NCBI GenBank assembly: GCA_003971905.1
Contig: RSEE01000001.1
Coordinates: 124,001-188,000, forward strand
DNA length: 64,000 bases
Direction: 5' to 3'
From: Moniliella sp. 'wahieum'
Taxonomy: Eukaryota
In this document: piece by piece, positions 25,655 to 37,844 of the stretch
Position numbering within the stretch: the first letter of the stretch is position 1
Layout: each line of letters opens with the position of its first letter
The notes under the pieces: generated by a model
Database searches by the model: none
What the model saw: the letters and a program-made list of their open reading frames with translations, nothing else
What the model was told of the DNA's origin: nothing
Program-made: the position numbers and the translations under genes

Positions 25655-28084
25655 TTAACCGTGCCGCTAATACGATCGCTTTCTGGGGCGCATCTGTTCG
25701 TTATTCCTCTACTCCCAGTAGCAGCCGCACATCACTCGGCTCCAGTTCGACCAGCGCATCCGGATCTTCGTAGCCGCCCTCAGGGCTGCGCAAGGCCGCC
25801 ACAATCCGGGCGTACGTGTCTGCCATGCCCCCAACGCGGCCGCATGAACCGACGAACGAATGGAAGGATCCTTCAACGGCGAAAGCGAGCGAGCTTCCAG
25901 CGGAGCACCCGATCGTAGTACCTCACCCAGTACGAGCATCGCTTTTGACACAGATGCCGAATCGCACTCTCGATGCTGTGCGAGTGGTGTGGTATCCGGC
26001 GCAGAGGTAGCCTTGGCCAATGGTCCTAGGGCAGCCTGATCCACGAGACGTTGGGTGTAGGTTTCAACCAGGGCTTGGACCAAATCGGCACGTTGCTTCT
26101 CCAACCGTTTGGCCGCAGTGGCCGCAGGGCCAATAGGGGAAACAGGGCTGCCTGCCTGAAGCGCAGACAAAATGATCGTGTAACAGTTGATAAGAAAGAT
26201 ACCTTGGTCAAACCTCTCCTCGCCATACCCCGCGGATTGGGGATCGCCGTGCTGGGGCGAGATCGCTAGCCAATCGATCACACAGTGCTTCCATAGCCCC
26301 CACCAATTGAGTGACAATGGCACCCAATTGAACCTGGGCCATCTGCCGTGCTTGTGCGTCAAGTGCCGTCATCCTGACTGGTATCAAAAGGCATTGCGCG
26401 GAGGCCGTCGCGAGAAGATTCTTGAACGCCGCCGCTTCAGATTCGAGATATAGCTCCTTCGGATTGGTGGATGGATCTGCTTGCCTGACCTCTGAAGCGT
26501 GGCGGTTAAGCTCAGCATCAAAGGCGAGGGCTGCACGACGGGATAGATCTTGTACCGCTAGAACGAGTGGGCTGTGCTCCATCCGTCCTAACGTGCGGCG
26601 GAGGGTGACGCGGTAGAAATCAAGAATGTGGGCCAGACGGAGAAGTTGAAGCGAGTCGTTACCCTTCCCTCCCGCAGAGGTAAGTACACTCGTCACACGT
26701 TCTCGTAGAGGACGGGCTAGGGGAGCGAGGTACGGTTGACCAGTTCGTTCACAGCTTCCTCGGCCGCCGTCAATGCAGGTCCTGTGCCTTCCCGCACCCC
26801 TTCCACTTCCTCCTGGGCCCATTGGGCCGCACTTCGGGTCAAGTCGACCGAGCCCGAGTCAACCCCATGGCGCCGGGTCCCAATCCTGTGGGCCAAAGGA
26901 GTGTCCACATCTCCATACCGGGGCGATGCAAGAGTGCAGAATAAACTTCCCTCTCACTTGCCGAGGCCTGATGAACCCAAGCAAGCATATCGCCAACGTA
27001 CCGCAAGGAATCATGCGCCTGCGCTTCAATTGGACGTTCCCCGGGGCCTGAACCAAGACGCAAGGCCGTATCGAAGGAATAGAGAACAAGGCGCGCTCTC
27101 CGATCCGCCAGCTCAGACAGAGCCGGGCGGAGAAGACCATCCTTGCTCTCTTTGTGGAGGAAGGCAACCGCTCGCGGCACTTCACCAGCAGGGTTGGAAC
27201 CCAACTCCAACTGGGACGATAGGCTTGGATCGCGGAAGCGTACAACAAGCCATTGGGACAAGCGATGCAAGCCTCGATCCAGCTGGGCCGAGGCGGCTTC
27301 CATCACGTCCACCCCAGCGCGGATCCCACCACCTTCATGGGAAGCAGCCTCGCTGCCGGCGAGAAGCGACTGGGCTTCGGAGCGGATCCGTACCAGGATC
27401 AAGGGCAGCAAATGTATGCTCATCCACGTGGGTGTCCGCCTTGTCTAGGGCGGTGACCATATCTTGCGGGAGGGTGAAACGGCGAAGGAAAAGATTTGAT
27501 CGTCTGCTCCATCTCGGCCTTGGTTGCTTCGACCTGGGCTGGCTGGGCACTGGCCAGGAGCGGAGCGCAGAGACTGGCGGCGGTACGGGTTTGACGCTGG
27601 GCGGTGGTGGTGGCAGTGTGCATGTCGGCCAGACTGGCATCAAGCGCATCGAGGTCAGCGACGATGCCGTCGAGGCGAGCGAGGACGTTGTGAACGACAG
27701 CGCGGCGGGATGTGATGAGGGTATGCTCCATCTCCGCCTTCAGTGCAGCGACATCGGTAACAGCGCGAGGGTCTGAGAGGGTGCTCTCAAGGATGGGCTC
27801 GTCGGGAAGGGTGTGGGCGTGAATGTGGTGGAGACGGGCGAGTGCGCCGAGGGTCTGGGCAGCGCTGGCGGCGTCAATGGGACGGGCGAGGAGGGCCTCG
27901 GCGCGCAGCAGCACCGCCGAACCGTCCCGCTCGCCCCGCATGGGAGGCATGGGAAGCGGCATGGGCGCGGAGCGTATCCGAGAGGGCGGCCGAAGGGCAG
28001 GGTGGGCCGCAGAGGCTCAAGAGTGGCTGGGGGAGCCTGCGGCCAGAAGGAGCTCGGGTCGGAGGCAATGCGGCCGCTCGCCAT
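25655..28084 (-). CDS. COG6: Conserved oligomeric Golgi complex subunit 6 (3' end approximate)
   Basis: RPIEAQAHDSLRYVGDMLAWVHQASASERE signature; PLARPLRERV; GIFLINCY. Confidence 0.85.
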
Positions 28085-28628
28085 CGCCCATCCATCCTGT
28101 CGCCCGCGCCGCCCACCTGGCCTCATCGATCGGTGATCGATGATTAATGATTGGCAATCGATGGTCGTGTTGCGCCATCTCTCGTTTCAACTTTCATTCG
28201 CTCAGGCCATTCCGCCAGCCAGCCGCCTGCCCCCACAATTCCGCCGGATGTTCGTGCCCCCCCCCCCCCCCCTGGTTCGCCCTATGGAAACATGGACTAA
28301 CACATACCAACGCACTGTGCGCCGAAAGGCCATTGAGCTGTACCACATGACCGCCAACTTCCACCCCCCACCAAGCTCCCTGCTCGGATCACTATGACGA
28401 TCAATTGTCAACTCTCGCTCTATTGGCTGTCGATGAATCCTTCGAATCTGGCGCATTAGGAGGAATAGTACTTCAAACAAGGGGCGTCGCATGTCGTCCC
28501 TGGCCGATTCTTCTCCAAAAGAGTACAGATGTTGAGAAAAAGACAGCGCCACAGAAGGTCGAAAAAAGAAAGGGATATATGGAAACGCCCGAGGGCTCAT
28601 ACAAAACACTGGGCCCCACCACACACTC

Positions 28629-29973
28629 TCAATATTCCTCTTCCCCCTCTTCGTCCTCCAGCACAGTCTCGGCAGCAACCTCTTCATAGTCCTTTTCGAG
28701 CGCAGCCAGGTCCTCGCGGGCCTCGGAGAATTCGCCTTCCTCCATGCCCTCGCCGACGTACCAATGGACAAAGCACGCTTCGAGTAGAGCAAGTCGAACT
28801 TACGGTCGAGCCGGGTCCAGGCCGACGAAATGGCTGTGGTATTGGCCAACATGCAGAGCGAGCGACTCATGGCAGCCATGTCGCCCCCAGGAACCTGGGA
28901 AGGCGCTTCGTTGCAGATACCGACCTTGAACCCAGTAGGGCACCAGTCCACAAACTGGACTGTGCGCTTGGTCTTGATTGCTGCAATGGCCGTGTTGACA
29001 TCCTTCGGCACCACATCGCCCCGGTACAGAAGGCAAGAAGCCATAAACTTGCCCTCACGTGGATCGCATTTGACCATCTGGTTGCCCCGATCAAACGCGG
29101 ACGACGTCATTTCCGCCACACTGTTCTGCTCATGCGACACCTTGTCGGCCGAGATGATGGGCGAGAGGGAAGCAAGCGGGAAGTGGATGCGAGGGAAGGG
29201 AACTAGTTGGTTTGGAATTCGGTAAGATCAACGTTCAGCGATCCATCAAACCGGAGCGAGGCGGTAACGAAGACACAACCTGCGCAATCAGTCGGTTCAG
29301 GTTGGAGTACGAAGGCGAAGCAATGCCCAATTTGGTCTTGGCAATGTCATACAGTGCTTCATTGTCCACCATGAAGGAACAATCGGAGTTTTCGAGCGTA
29401 GTGTGGGTTGTGAGCACGGAATTGTACGGCTCCACCACTGAAGAAGACATCATAGGCGCAGGGTAGACCGAAAATTCGAGCTTGGCCTTCTTGCCATAAT
29501 CTTGGGCGAGATGCTCGAGGAGGAGCGAGCCAAACCCTGAACCCGTGCCTCCGCCAAATGAATGGAAGACAAAGAATCCCTGCAGGCCCCCAGTCACATC
29601 GGCCAGCTTGCGGACTCACTCCAGTGTGTCGTCAATCAGCTCCTTGCCCACGGTGTAGTGACCCCGGGCATAGTTGTTGGCCGCATCCTCCTTGCCTGTA
29701 ACGAGCGTCTCAGGGTGGAAGAGGGAGCGGTACGTTCCTGTCCGCACCTTATCCACCACATTGGGCTCAAGATCAACGTAGACAGAGCGAGGCACGTACT
29801 TCCCTGAACCTGTCTCGCAGAAGAAGGTGCTAAAGCCATCGTCGTTTGCCGAAGGAGAACCCGAGAAGGCGGCCATCAGGCGAAAGGCCGTGTTCTTGCA
29901 GATACAGCTCCCAGCAAGCATTGCCAATCTGGATGCCAGCTTGACCGACATGCAACGAGAGAACTTCACGCAT
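28629..29973 (-). CDS. Alpha-tubulin (divergent, apparently intronless)
   Basis: [64 protein letters not shown], acidic tail ending EEGEEEY*. Confidence 0.96.
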
Positions 29974-30380
29974 TGTAGGTGTTTAGGGGGGGGGGGGCTA
30001 GTACAGTAGGTGCGGTTGGTGGGGTGGTAGTAAAAACGAAGCTGGATATAAGGTAGAGACGTAGTTTGGCTTTTTATATAGACTCGCTCGCGCAAATTGG
30101 GCGGTGGCCCACGACCGTGCTCCCAGCACAGAGGCGTAGTGTGTCTCACGCCTGCCCGCACGAGGCGCGTGTGTGGCGCTCTGGTGGGCCAAGCACAGGG
30201 CCCCTTGGCGGGGAAATGGGTTTGGGTTGTCGCCGAAAAACACTGCCCCCCGGGCAGCCCCTTAAGTTAGGTGGCAGTCTGCGTCAGCAATCCCGCCCTT
30301 CTTGCGCTCCAAATGAACGGCCGCTCGGGGGCCTTCAGCAAGCTTAGCTTAGCGCCAGTAAGAGCTAGTAAGCCCCATCC

Positions 30381-30419
30381 AGCTTCAAGCTTCAAGCTTC
30401 AAGCTTCAAGCTTCAAGCT
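30381..30419. repeat. (TCAAGCT)5 heptamer array upstream of alpha-tubulin
   Basis: agcttcaagcttcaagcttcaagcttcaagcttcaagct. Confidence 0.95.
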
Positions 30420-31074
30420 ATATAGCATCGTGAATCATGCAATATGCGCCCTTTATTCATCGATCATGCTCATGTACCGGGCGCCTCTCTTCAAGTTTCA
30501 AGCTTCACCGATAGAGCGCGGCCTTCGCGCGTCTGTATATTACCGGTGGTGTGGCGGATTGGATGCGATCAACCAAGGAGGTACTTCTCTGTTTTGTTTG
30601 TTTTTTTCTCTTTGGACGGTCATTCTGACGCCGTCCACAGTCTTCCGGCCCTACTGTACACGTAGCACACACCCTTAAGGCGAACCATATATACCCCAAC
30701 CGTCCCAAAACTGAAGAGAGATGTTGTCACGGGACGACGATTATGAAGTCGCGTTGACAGCCACCTCCACTCCCTTTTATCGTCGCTCTCACTTTGTCTT
30801 CTCAGCTTCTCTCTCCCTATCACTACTCAAGTTATATATCTTTCGCTATCGTGACTTGGATTCTCGGCCTATCTATACAAAACCCATAACAACCCTCTCT
30901 TTTCCCCTCACCCTTCTTCTAGGAGAACTCAACTCTAGAAGAACCACCTTTCCGATCCGCTCCCTTGCCCTCCCTCGCCCATCAAGTCTCCCCGGTTTCT
31001 CCTCAGGTCCCTATAGCGTGTAACATCTTTGCAGACGCTGCCTGGCTCTTCTCGACGAACAGCAAAGCACTACT

Positions 31075-31149
31075 CCCCGCAAGATGAACGGTTCGGTTTA
31101 GACGTGGCGTTCCCCCTGTCCCAGCCTTAAGCTCTGTCAATGATATGGA
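31075..31149. repeat. B|A junction fragment of the split-repeat family
   Basis: CCCCGCAAGATGAACGGTTCGGTTTAGACGTGGCGTTCCCCCTGTCCCAGCCTTAAGCTCTGTCAATGA is nearly identical to 47688-47756. Confidence 0.9.
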
Positions 31150-32360
31150 TTCGAAAGATTGGGCTCAGCGGAAGCGCGGAAAAGTAAGAACATGACTGTT
31201 GGTCCATATATTGAAGCGCCAGTGAGGAGCGCCGAACCACACAGTTATAAGCGTCAAGCAAATATAACCCTTCTGTGTTGCGACGGGACTGACTTTACCT
31301 TCACTGGTCGTGGAGCCCTTCCAGCCTCACGGCCTCATTAGCTCACTAGCCCACTAGTCTCCGTGGCTCCGCGGACTCCGAAGGCTGCTGTGGCATGGGC
31401 GTACCGGGTACCAGCGACCAAATTAGTCTCCTGCTTTTGCTACCACCAACGCCCTTCGTCGAAGGGCCACAGAGGATGTTTATCAGGCCGGATAAGCCCG
31501 AAGGCCTAAGGTTAGGCCCCCAAGATCTGACACCCATCACAAGTTCGTGCCCCCAACCTTGCAGGATAGGCTCATTCTATACCTTCTGAGATGGTCGATG
31601 AGCGGTGTGTGCGCGGCTAGAACGTTAAACGTTAAACGTCCGTCACAAGAAAGGTGCTGTGGAGATGGGAGCCAACACAATGAAACAACCCTACAAGGAG
31701 TACCAACAGTGCTGGTGACCGGTGACCTGATCGATGATCGAGATGATCGGGGTGGCTGGCTGGAACGTTGGGGGACAGCCGGTAAGCCGGTAAGCGGTAA
31801 CCGGGAACCGGCAACCCTGGTGCAACCCTAGGAGCAGTCTGGCAACAACACGTAACGCAACGCGCAACGTAAGGCTGGTGGGGGGGAATTTGAAATTGCA
31901 CGCACCCTCTCCATGGGTGCCCGCGGGCGCGTTTGAGGCCGGCTGGGCCCTGGGCGGCGGCATGTGCCCTTGCAGCACACGGCGTGTGGCACCGCATGTG
32001 TCCTGTGGGCCTCGCGCCCACATCACGCGTCCGTGTTCAACGCTCACCGCGGAGCCTCGCCGCTGGAAGCGCGCATCACCGATCGCTGATCCGCAGCAGC
32101 CGAACACGGCCGCCGCATTTTTGCATCCTCATCGACCAGATCGATCATCGATCATCCTCGTCCTCGCAAACTCCACCGCCGTCACTGCGTCCCACCGCCC
32201 CCTCTCCTCCAGCCGCCAGCCCGCGATGGGTGTGCAGTGGCACTAACAACCCCACCCAACCTCCCGCCCCGCCCTCCCCCCCCGCACATGCCTCCTCCTT
32301 CGCCGCCCGTCCTCGACGGCGAGTTCGGCGGCCGTCCCTACTCGCCCCTCGCGCCGCTCG

Positions 32361-35300
32361 ATGAGCAGCCCGAGACCCAACCCACCGGATCCTGACCACG
32401 CCAGCTACCTCGGTAACGACCATGTGCCCCAGCCAAAACTGGGCTGGCTGCGTCACTTCAAGCTACGGATTCTGTACGGCGCCATTCGGTACCTCAACTT
32501 TTTCCGCATCCACGTCATTGTCTTTGTCTTTGCGCCCCTCATTGCCAGCGGCATTTTCTATGCTGCCAACGATCACGTCCACGTCCCCTACATCGATTGC
32601 CTCTTCCAATGTGTGTCGGCGATGACCGTGACGGGCCTGACGACCATCAACATCCCAGATTACCGGCTTCCAGCAGAGCATTCTCTATGTTCTCATGTGG
32701 TGCGGCAATATTTCCACTGTTGGGTGTGTCATGGTCTTTGTCCGTCGTTATTTTTTCCGCAAGCGCTTTGAGCATCTTGTACGCCACGACCCCAAGATTC
32801 GCCGTCGCGCTCGCCACATCCAGCGGCAGGTACAAGCAACAGCAGGATCATATCGCTCGAGTCCACCGCTTCCTCCGACCAAACAAATACCGATCTGAGG
32901 ACAAATCCAAGTCCTCCAGTAAAGATGACTCTGAGCTCAGCCACGACGCAAACTCTAAGTTCGGCTCATCATCCCCTGCCCAGGGCGAGAAGCGCAGCGA
33001 CAGTCCGTTCATCACCCCTCTCCCCAGTGCCCAGGAGCAGCGTCTGCCCCCTTCAGACCAGAGCGCTGTCCATTTATCACCGTCTCTTGACTCAAGCGGC
33101 ACGACGGCCCATCCGACGATAGACAGCCCACGCCCTCCGCCGGTCAATAAAAAGAAGCGTGGTCGCAAATCCCCTCTGACGGCAGAAATGATCAAGCGTG
33201 TTGACCGACCGGCGGTCAAGTTGGGCAAGAACATAATTCCTGGTAACGATGGGTTTTTTCAACGAATCATGCCCCACCATGGCTCCCAACATGACCAACC
33301 CAAGAAGGACGAGCCCACAAATGCGCCCTCTGAGGATCCAACACGCCCCCGTTTTGCCCCTCCACCCGAGAGCGAGTTGGCCAACATCCCTGCGGAAATT
33401 CGTGCGCGGGACTTGCAGTTGGCTGCGCTCCGGGCCGGCGAGGATGAACCTGATCGGGGACGGGACCGAAGACGGGATACCCAGGCAGAAAGTCGCCCTC
33501 ACTCTCGTTCCCGCAGAGGTATTATCCATAGTACCTCTGGAGCTACCACGCCCGAGGAGCGACGGCGCCGACGTTCGCCTTCGGCTTCCGGGAAAGAAAG
33601 GATCAGGAATCATTCTTGACGGCTTTCCGTGAGGGGGCCGCCCGGCATGCCCGTCAGGAATGGAGCGAGAAAAGGAAAAGGAACGGCGCAAGCGTGGCGG
33701 TGAAAGCTCCGTCGCTGCCACTCCCCTTGCTCGTAGTCCCCTTCAAGTTAGCCGTGCTCCCACGCCTGAAGTGGTGTATCCTTCCCAAGCCCCCACATGG
33801 ACTTGCCGCCTGAGATTTCAGGTGCGCCGACGCATGTCGATCCTTCAATCAACTTGGCCCCAGCGCTTCCTGAAGACTTGGAACCGATCTCGTCTCCTGC
33901 AGCTTCCGCTACGCCGGAAGAACCAGGGCCAACTGATGTGCCAGCAGTACCTCAAATATGAGAATTCCAGGACGCCTTTCCAGACCTCGCTCGTTGTCGG
34001 TCCGGGCGGGGTCGCCGTCAAGACCCGAATCACCCCTTTCATCGCTACCCGAGGAAAACGACGCGACGGATGCAGGGGCATATGGCATGTATCCGATGGG
34101 AATGAACGATTCCGACCGGTATTCTCGTTCGAGCGGGAGCCAGTTCCGCCGGTCCCGCTCGCCGGCAAGTCGATACGAGGGCGATCTCCCTCTGCCGAGG
34201 GCGTTGGAGTGGGCCTCTCCTCGGCTTAGGGCGCAAGCGATGAATTTGGCTGAAACGGGCGCTAGAACAGTGTCTTCCTCTGGCTTCCCCCGTACTGCCA
34301 CCCGTTCCACCGCGTTTGACCAGGCTGTTCGACGGACAAGGACCTTGGGCCCCGGTATGCCTCGCACCCAGACCCAGCAGAGCAGAGATACACTCGGTTC
34401 CCTGCGCCGGACCCAGACCCAGCGTGACGCATTCCCTCGGACCCAGACCATTGGTTTTGCGGACAACACGCAGTTCATCCCCGAAGGATATACCTCCAGT
34501 CTTCCGCGCGGTCCGGGGCTCCGGGGGCGAACAGCAACGGGCACCTTCTCCCGTACGCAGACGTACCGGTCGGGAATGGGAATGGGGGAACGTACGCTCA
34601 CCGGTCGTACCAGGGGTCCGAAAGGGTACGGGTACAGAATGGACCGGACCAACACTATGCTGGACACGATGCAAACGGGTTTGGGGGGCTGGCCTACGCC
34701 GACCGACTTTCTCATTTATATCTACCGTCGTTTGAGACCCTCCCCGCCGCGAGACCACTTGCCGCGCATGAACACGATCACGTCCACATTCTCGAGAGGG
34801 CAGGATGGAGGAGAAGGAGATGCTTCCTCTGGACCAAGACGGAACTACTTTCCTTTGATGTGCTTGTATCGCGCAACAGCCGCTTCCATCGCCTTACAGA
34901 AGCTCAACGAGAAGAGCTCGGAGGGTGGAGTATCGTGCCCTTGATCTTCTGAGCAAGCTGGTTCCGATCTACATTCTCGGGATCAACTTTCTTTGCGTTA
35001 CTGTGGTTGCCCCTTATGCTGCAAGTAAGACAGCATTCCACAAGTACATTCCTGTTTTTGAGTCGCAAAAGCCATACACGCCTAATCGGGTATGGTGGGT
35101 CTTCTTCAATTCCATCTCTGCCTACTCCAATTCGGGCATGTCGCTCATTGACACCTCGTTCCAAAATATGCAAGATGCGTACCTGCCCATGACCTGTATC
35201 GCCTTTCTTATCCTCGCGGGCAACACAGCCTTCCCTGTCTTTCTGCGCTTCTTTATCTGGCTGTGTTCCCATTTGGTTCCCAAAACCAGCAGGACCCACG

Positions 35301-36547
35301 AGTCGCTTATGTTCCTCCTGGACCACCCGCGCAGATGCTTGTGTATCTGTTCCCCTCGGCGCAAACTTGGTTCCTTGTCTTGACTCTTCTCGGTCTCAAG
35401 TACGTGCTGCTCCCCCCCTTTCCTTGATTCTCTCTCTCTGACCCAATACATCAGCTTGACCGATTGGGTATGCTTCCTGGTCCTTGACTTGGGCAACCCA
35501 GTGATCATGACCATTTCCAAGGGTCAGCGTGTGTTTGATGGGCTGTTTCAGGCGGTTGCTGTCCGCGCCGCCGGGTTCCAAGCTGTGTCGGTGTTGCGTC
35601 TTGCGCCTGCGGTCCAGGTCCTGTACACGGTCATGATGTACCTCGCTGCGTTCCCAATCGCCATGTCGGTGCGGTCAACAAACGTATACGAGGAGCGGTC
35701 GTTAGGCGTGTTTGATGACGGTTCAGACGACGATGACCCTGGGGATACACCTGGTCCTTGGTCAAGACGTGCGACCGGTCAGAAGCGGGGGTGGTCGTCT
35801 TACCTTGTGCACCATGCACGGAAACAGCTGTCGTTTGACTTGTGGTGGCTCGCTTTTTCCCTTTGGTTGCTGTGCATCGTGGAGAAACACCAACTGGAAC
35901 GAGAGGACAACCAATCCTGGTTCACAGTCTTTTCCTGTTTATTCGAGCTCACCTCAGCCTATGGTACGGTTGGCCTCTCCATGGGTACCCCTATGGACAA
36001 CTTTTCCCTTTCAGGCCGGTTCAACGTCCTGGGAAAATTGGTTGTGATTGCCGTCATGCTGCGTGGGCGGCACCGTGGCCTCCCGGTGGCCATTGACCGA
36101 GCCATCATGCTCCCTGATGACCTGGAGCCAGGCGAGGCCGAGGTGTTGACGCCTTCGCTTGGGCCCGAGTCGGACGTGTGGGAGGACGAGGAGGAGAACA
36201 TGTCGGGCGCGGATGAAGATATGGGGGGCCAAGAGGGGGTGCAACACCAAGATTACAGCGCCCGCCCCGGGTCGGTGGAAGGATATACTGTCCGCACCCC
36301 TCCCCCACAAGAACAACCGCTTTCTACCAGCCCCACATCGTTCCATGAGGAGCCGGTAGTCTCCACTTCCCCCACAGCAGAGGCGACCACTCGCTCCGAC
36401 CTACGAAAAAACCGGAGCCATCCCTCACCTCTCCTTGCCCCTGCGGAAGTGAGACAGGCGGAAGGACCGATGGACTCGACGCACCTTCCCTCCTCACCAA
36501 GGCTTTCGAACGAGGAGGGCAACAACCTTGAACACTTCCATCCCTGA
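32361..36547 (+). CDS. Trk-family potassium transporter; intron ~35401-35453
   Basis: NFFRIH, YIDCLFQCVSAMTVTGL, GGVEYRAL, FNSISAYSNSGMSL, LILAGNTAFPVFLR, FLLDHPRRC, RAAGF, SVRSTNVYEERSLG, FELTSAYGTVGLS, MLRGRHRGLPVAIDRAIMLP. Confidence 0.95.
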
Positions 36548-37844
36548 TGGGTTTCCTATACATATATATACCTTTCTCTCCAATGCTTCCTTCTGCCAGC
36601 ATCTTTCTTTTATTGCGCATCTCTATACTATCTCAATTATTATCGTCATTTATGCTCATCGACATATATGATGATGCATTGCCACATGACGTGTCACACC
36701 TGTGCCCTGTGTTATAGGCACTCCTACCTGTGCGCGTAGCTATAGATCGTCGATCAAGCCTTTTGTATTATCGTATCAATAAACCTCGTTGGGGTTCGCC
36801 CATCATGGATGGAGAACTCATTGCCGCGAGAGACCTCGAAATAGGTGTGATCCGTCGAGAATCCAATCACTGAGGGTCTTCGGTTTATAATACCCCGTGT
36901 GCATACGCATATGTATGCTCAACTCTGTTTTCGAAGGGGGAGTGCGCAGAGCGCTCAAGAGACAGAGGAGAGAGGAGACGACGGTATACAACACATCTTG
37001 GCCTCTGCACCCATCCACCAATGCAAGGATAGCATGAGGCCTGCACGATCCGATCCTCGAGTGTGTATGCGCTCCATACTATGCGGGATGCCACCATGTT
37101 CACAAAATGAACCCGGTTGTGGAGGAGAAAGAAAGAGGAAACGGGGTGTGTCCTTCCGGGAAACAGGCGTCGTATGTACACGGATTATATCCCATGATGT
37201 GGGTAACGAAGGAGCATTTGGTACCATTGAGGGATGGAGATGGACCACACATCTTGAGAGACCCCACCAGTGTACAAAGGAGGCCAGGTTTGTGTATTAC
37301 TGGGGAAGGTAGTGGTGCATAAGGATATTACGGCGACGGCTTTTTGGAACCCTCCTCGGGATAGAAGGAGCTGTGCATCTCGACAGAGGAGGAGCAGGTT
37401 GGTTGCGCCATGATTACGAAGTATAGCAGTGAGGCACTTTCAAAAGGCACCCTTTCCCCTCTGATGGCTATTTATGACATCACAGATACTATTATGATAC
37501 AAAAGATCTTTAACAAGACGTTTGCGTTCCCCCACAGGAGAACGAGAGTCCTCCTTCTCCCCTCCGGCGTCTCTATATATGCTCTCTAATTAGTGATCCT
37601 GGTTCCCCAGTCTTATAAAGTAGAGTTAGGCAGTGGTGAAGCTTAGAGGAAAGACAGGAGCTGGGTTGAACGTCATCGCGTCATACTCCTCCACAAAAAA
37701 GCTTCAAGCTTATATATTCTACGTCTCAACGTTGCTTCCAAAATTCCCGCGCACAAGAGATATATGCATTGCCCGAAATCATAGCCTACTCAGCGTTAAA
37801 AGCTTGATTATTCTTCCGATCCTCTGTCCTTCCGCGCCAAGCGC

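Noticed and set aside
22530..29973. Programmed frameshifting or pseudogenes in housekeeping genes
   Set aside because: Frameshifts are too numerous and often at homopolymers; sequencing error is the simpler explanation.
30722..31025. Possible solo LTR (TGT...TAACA, pyrimidine-rich)
   Set aside because: No matching TSD and no second copy in the window.
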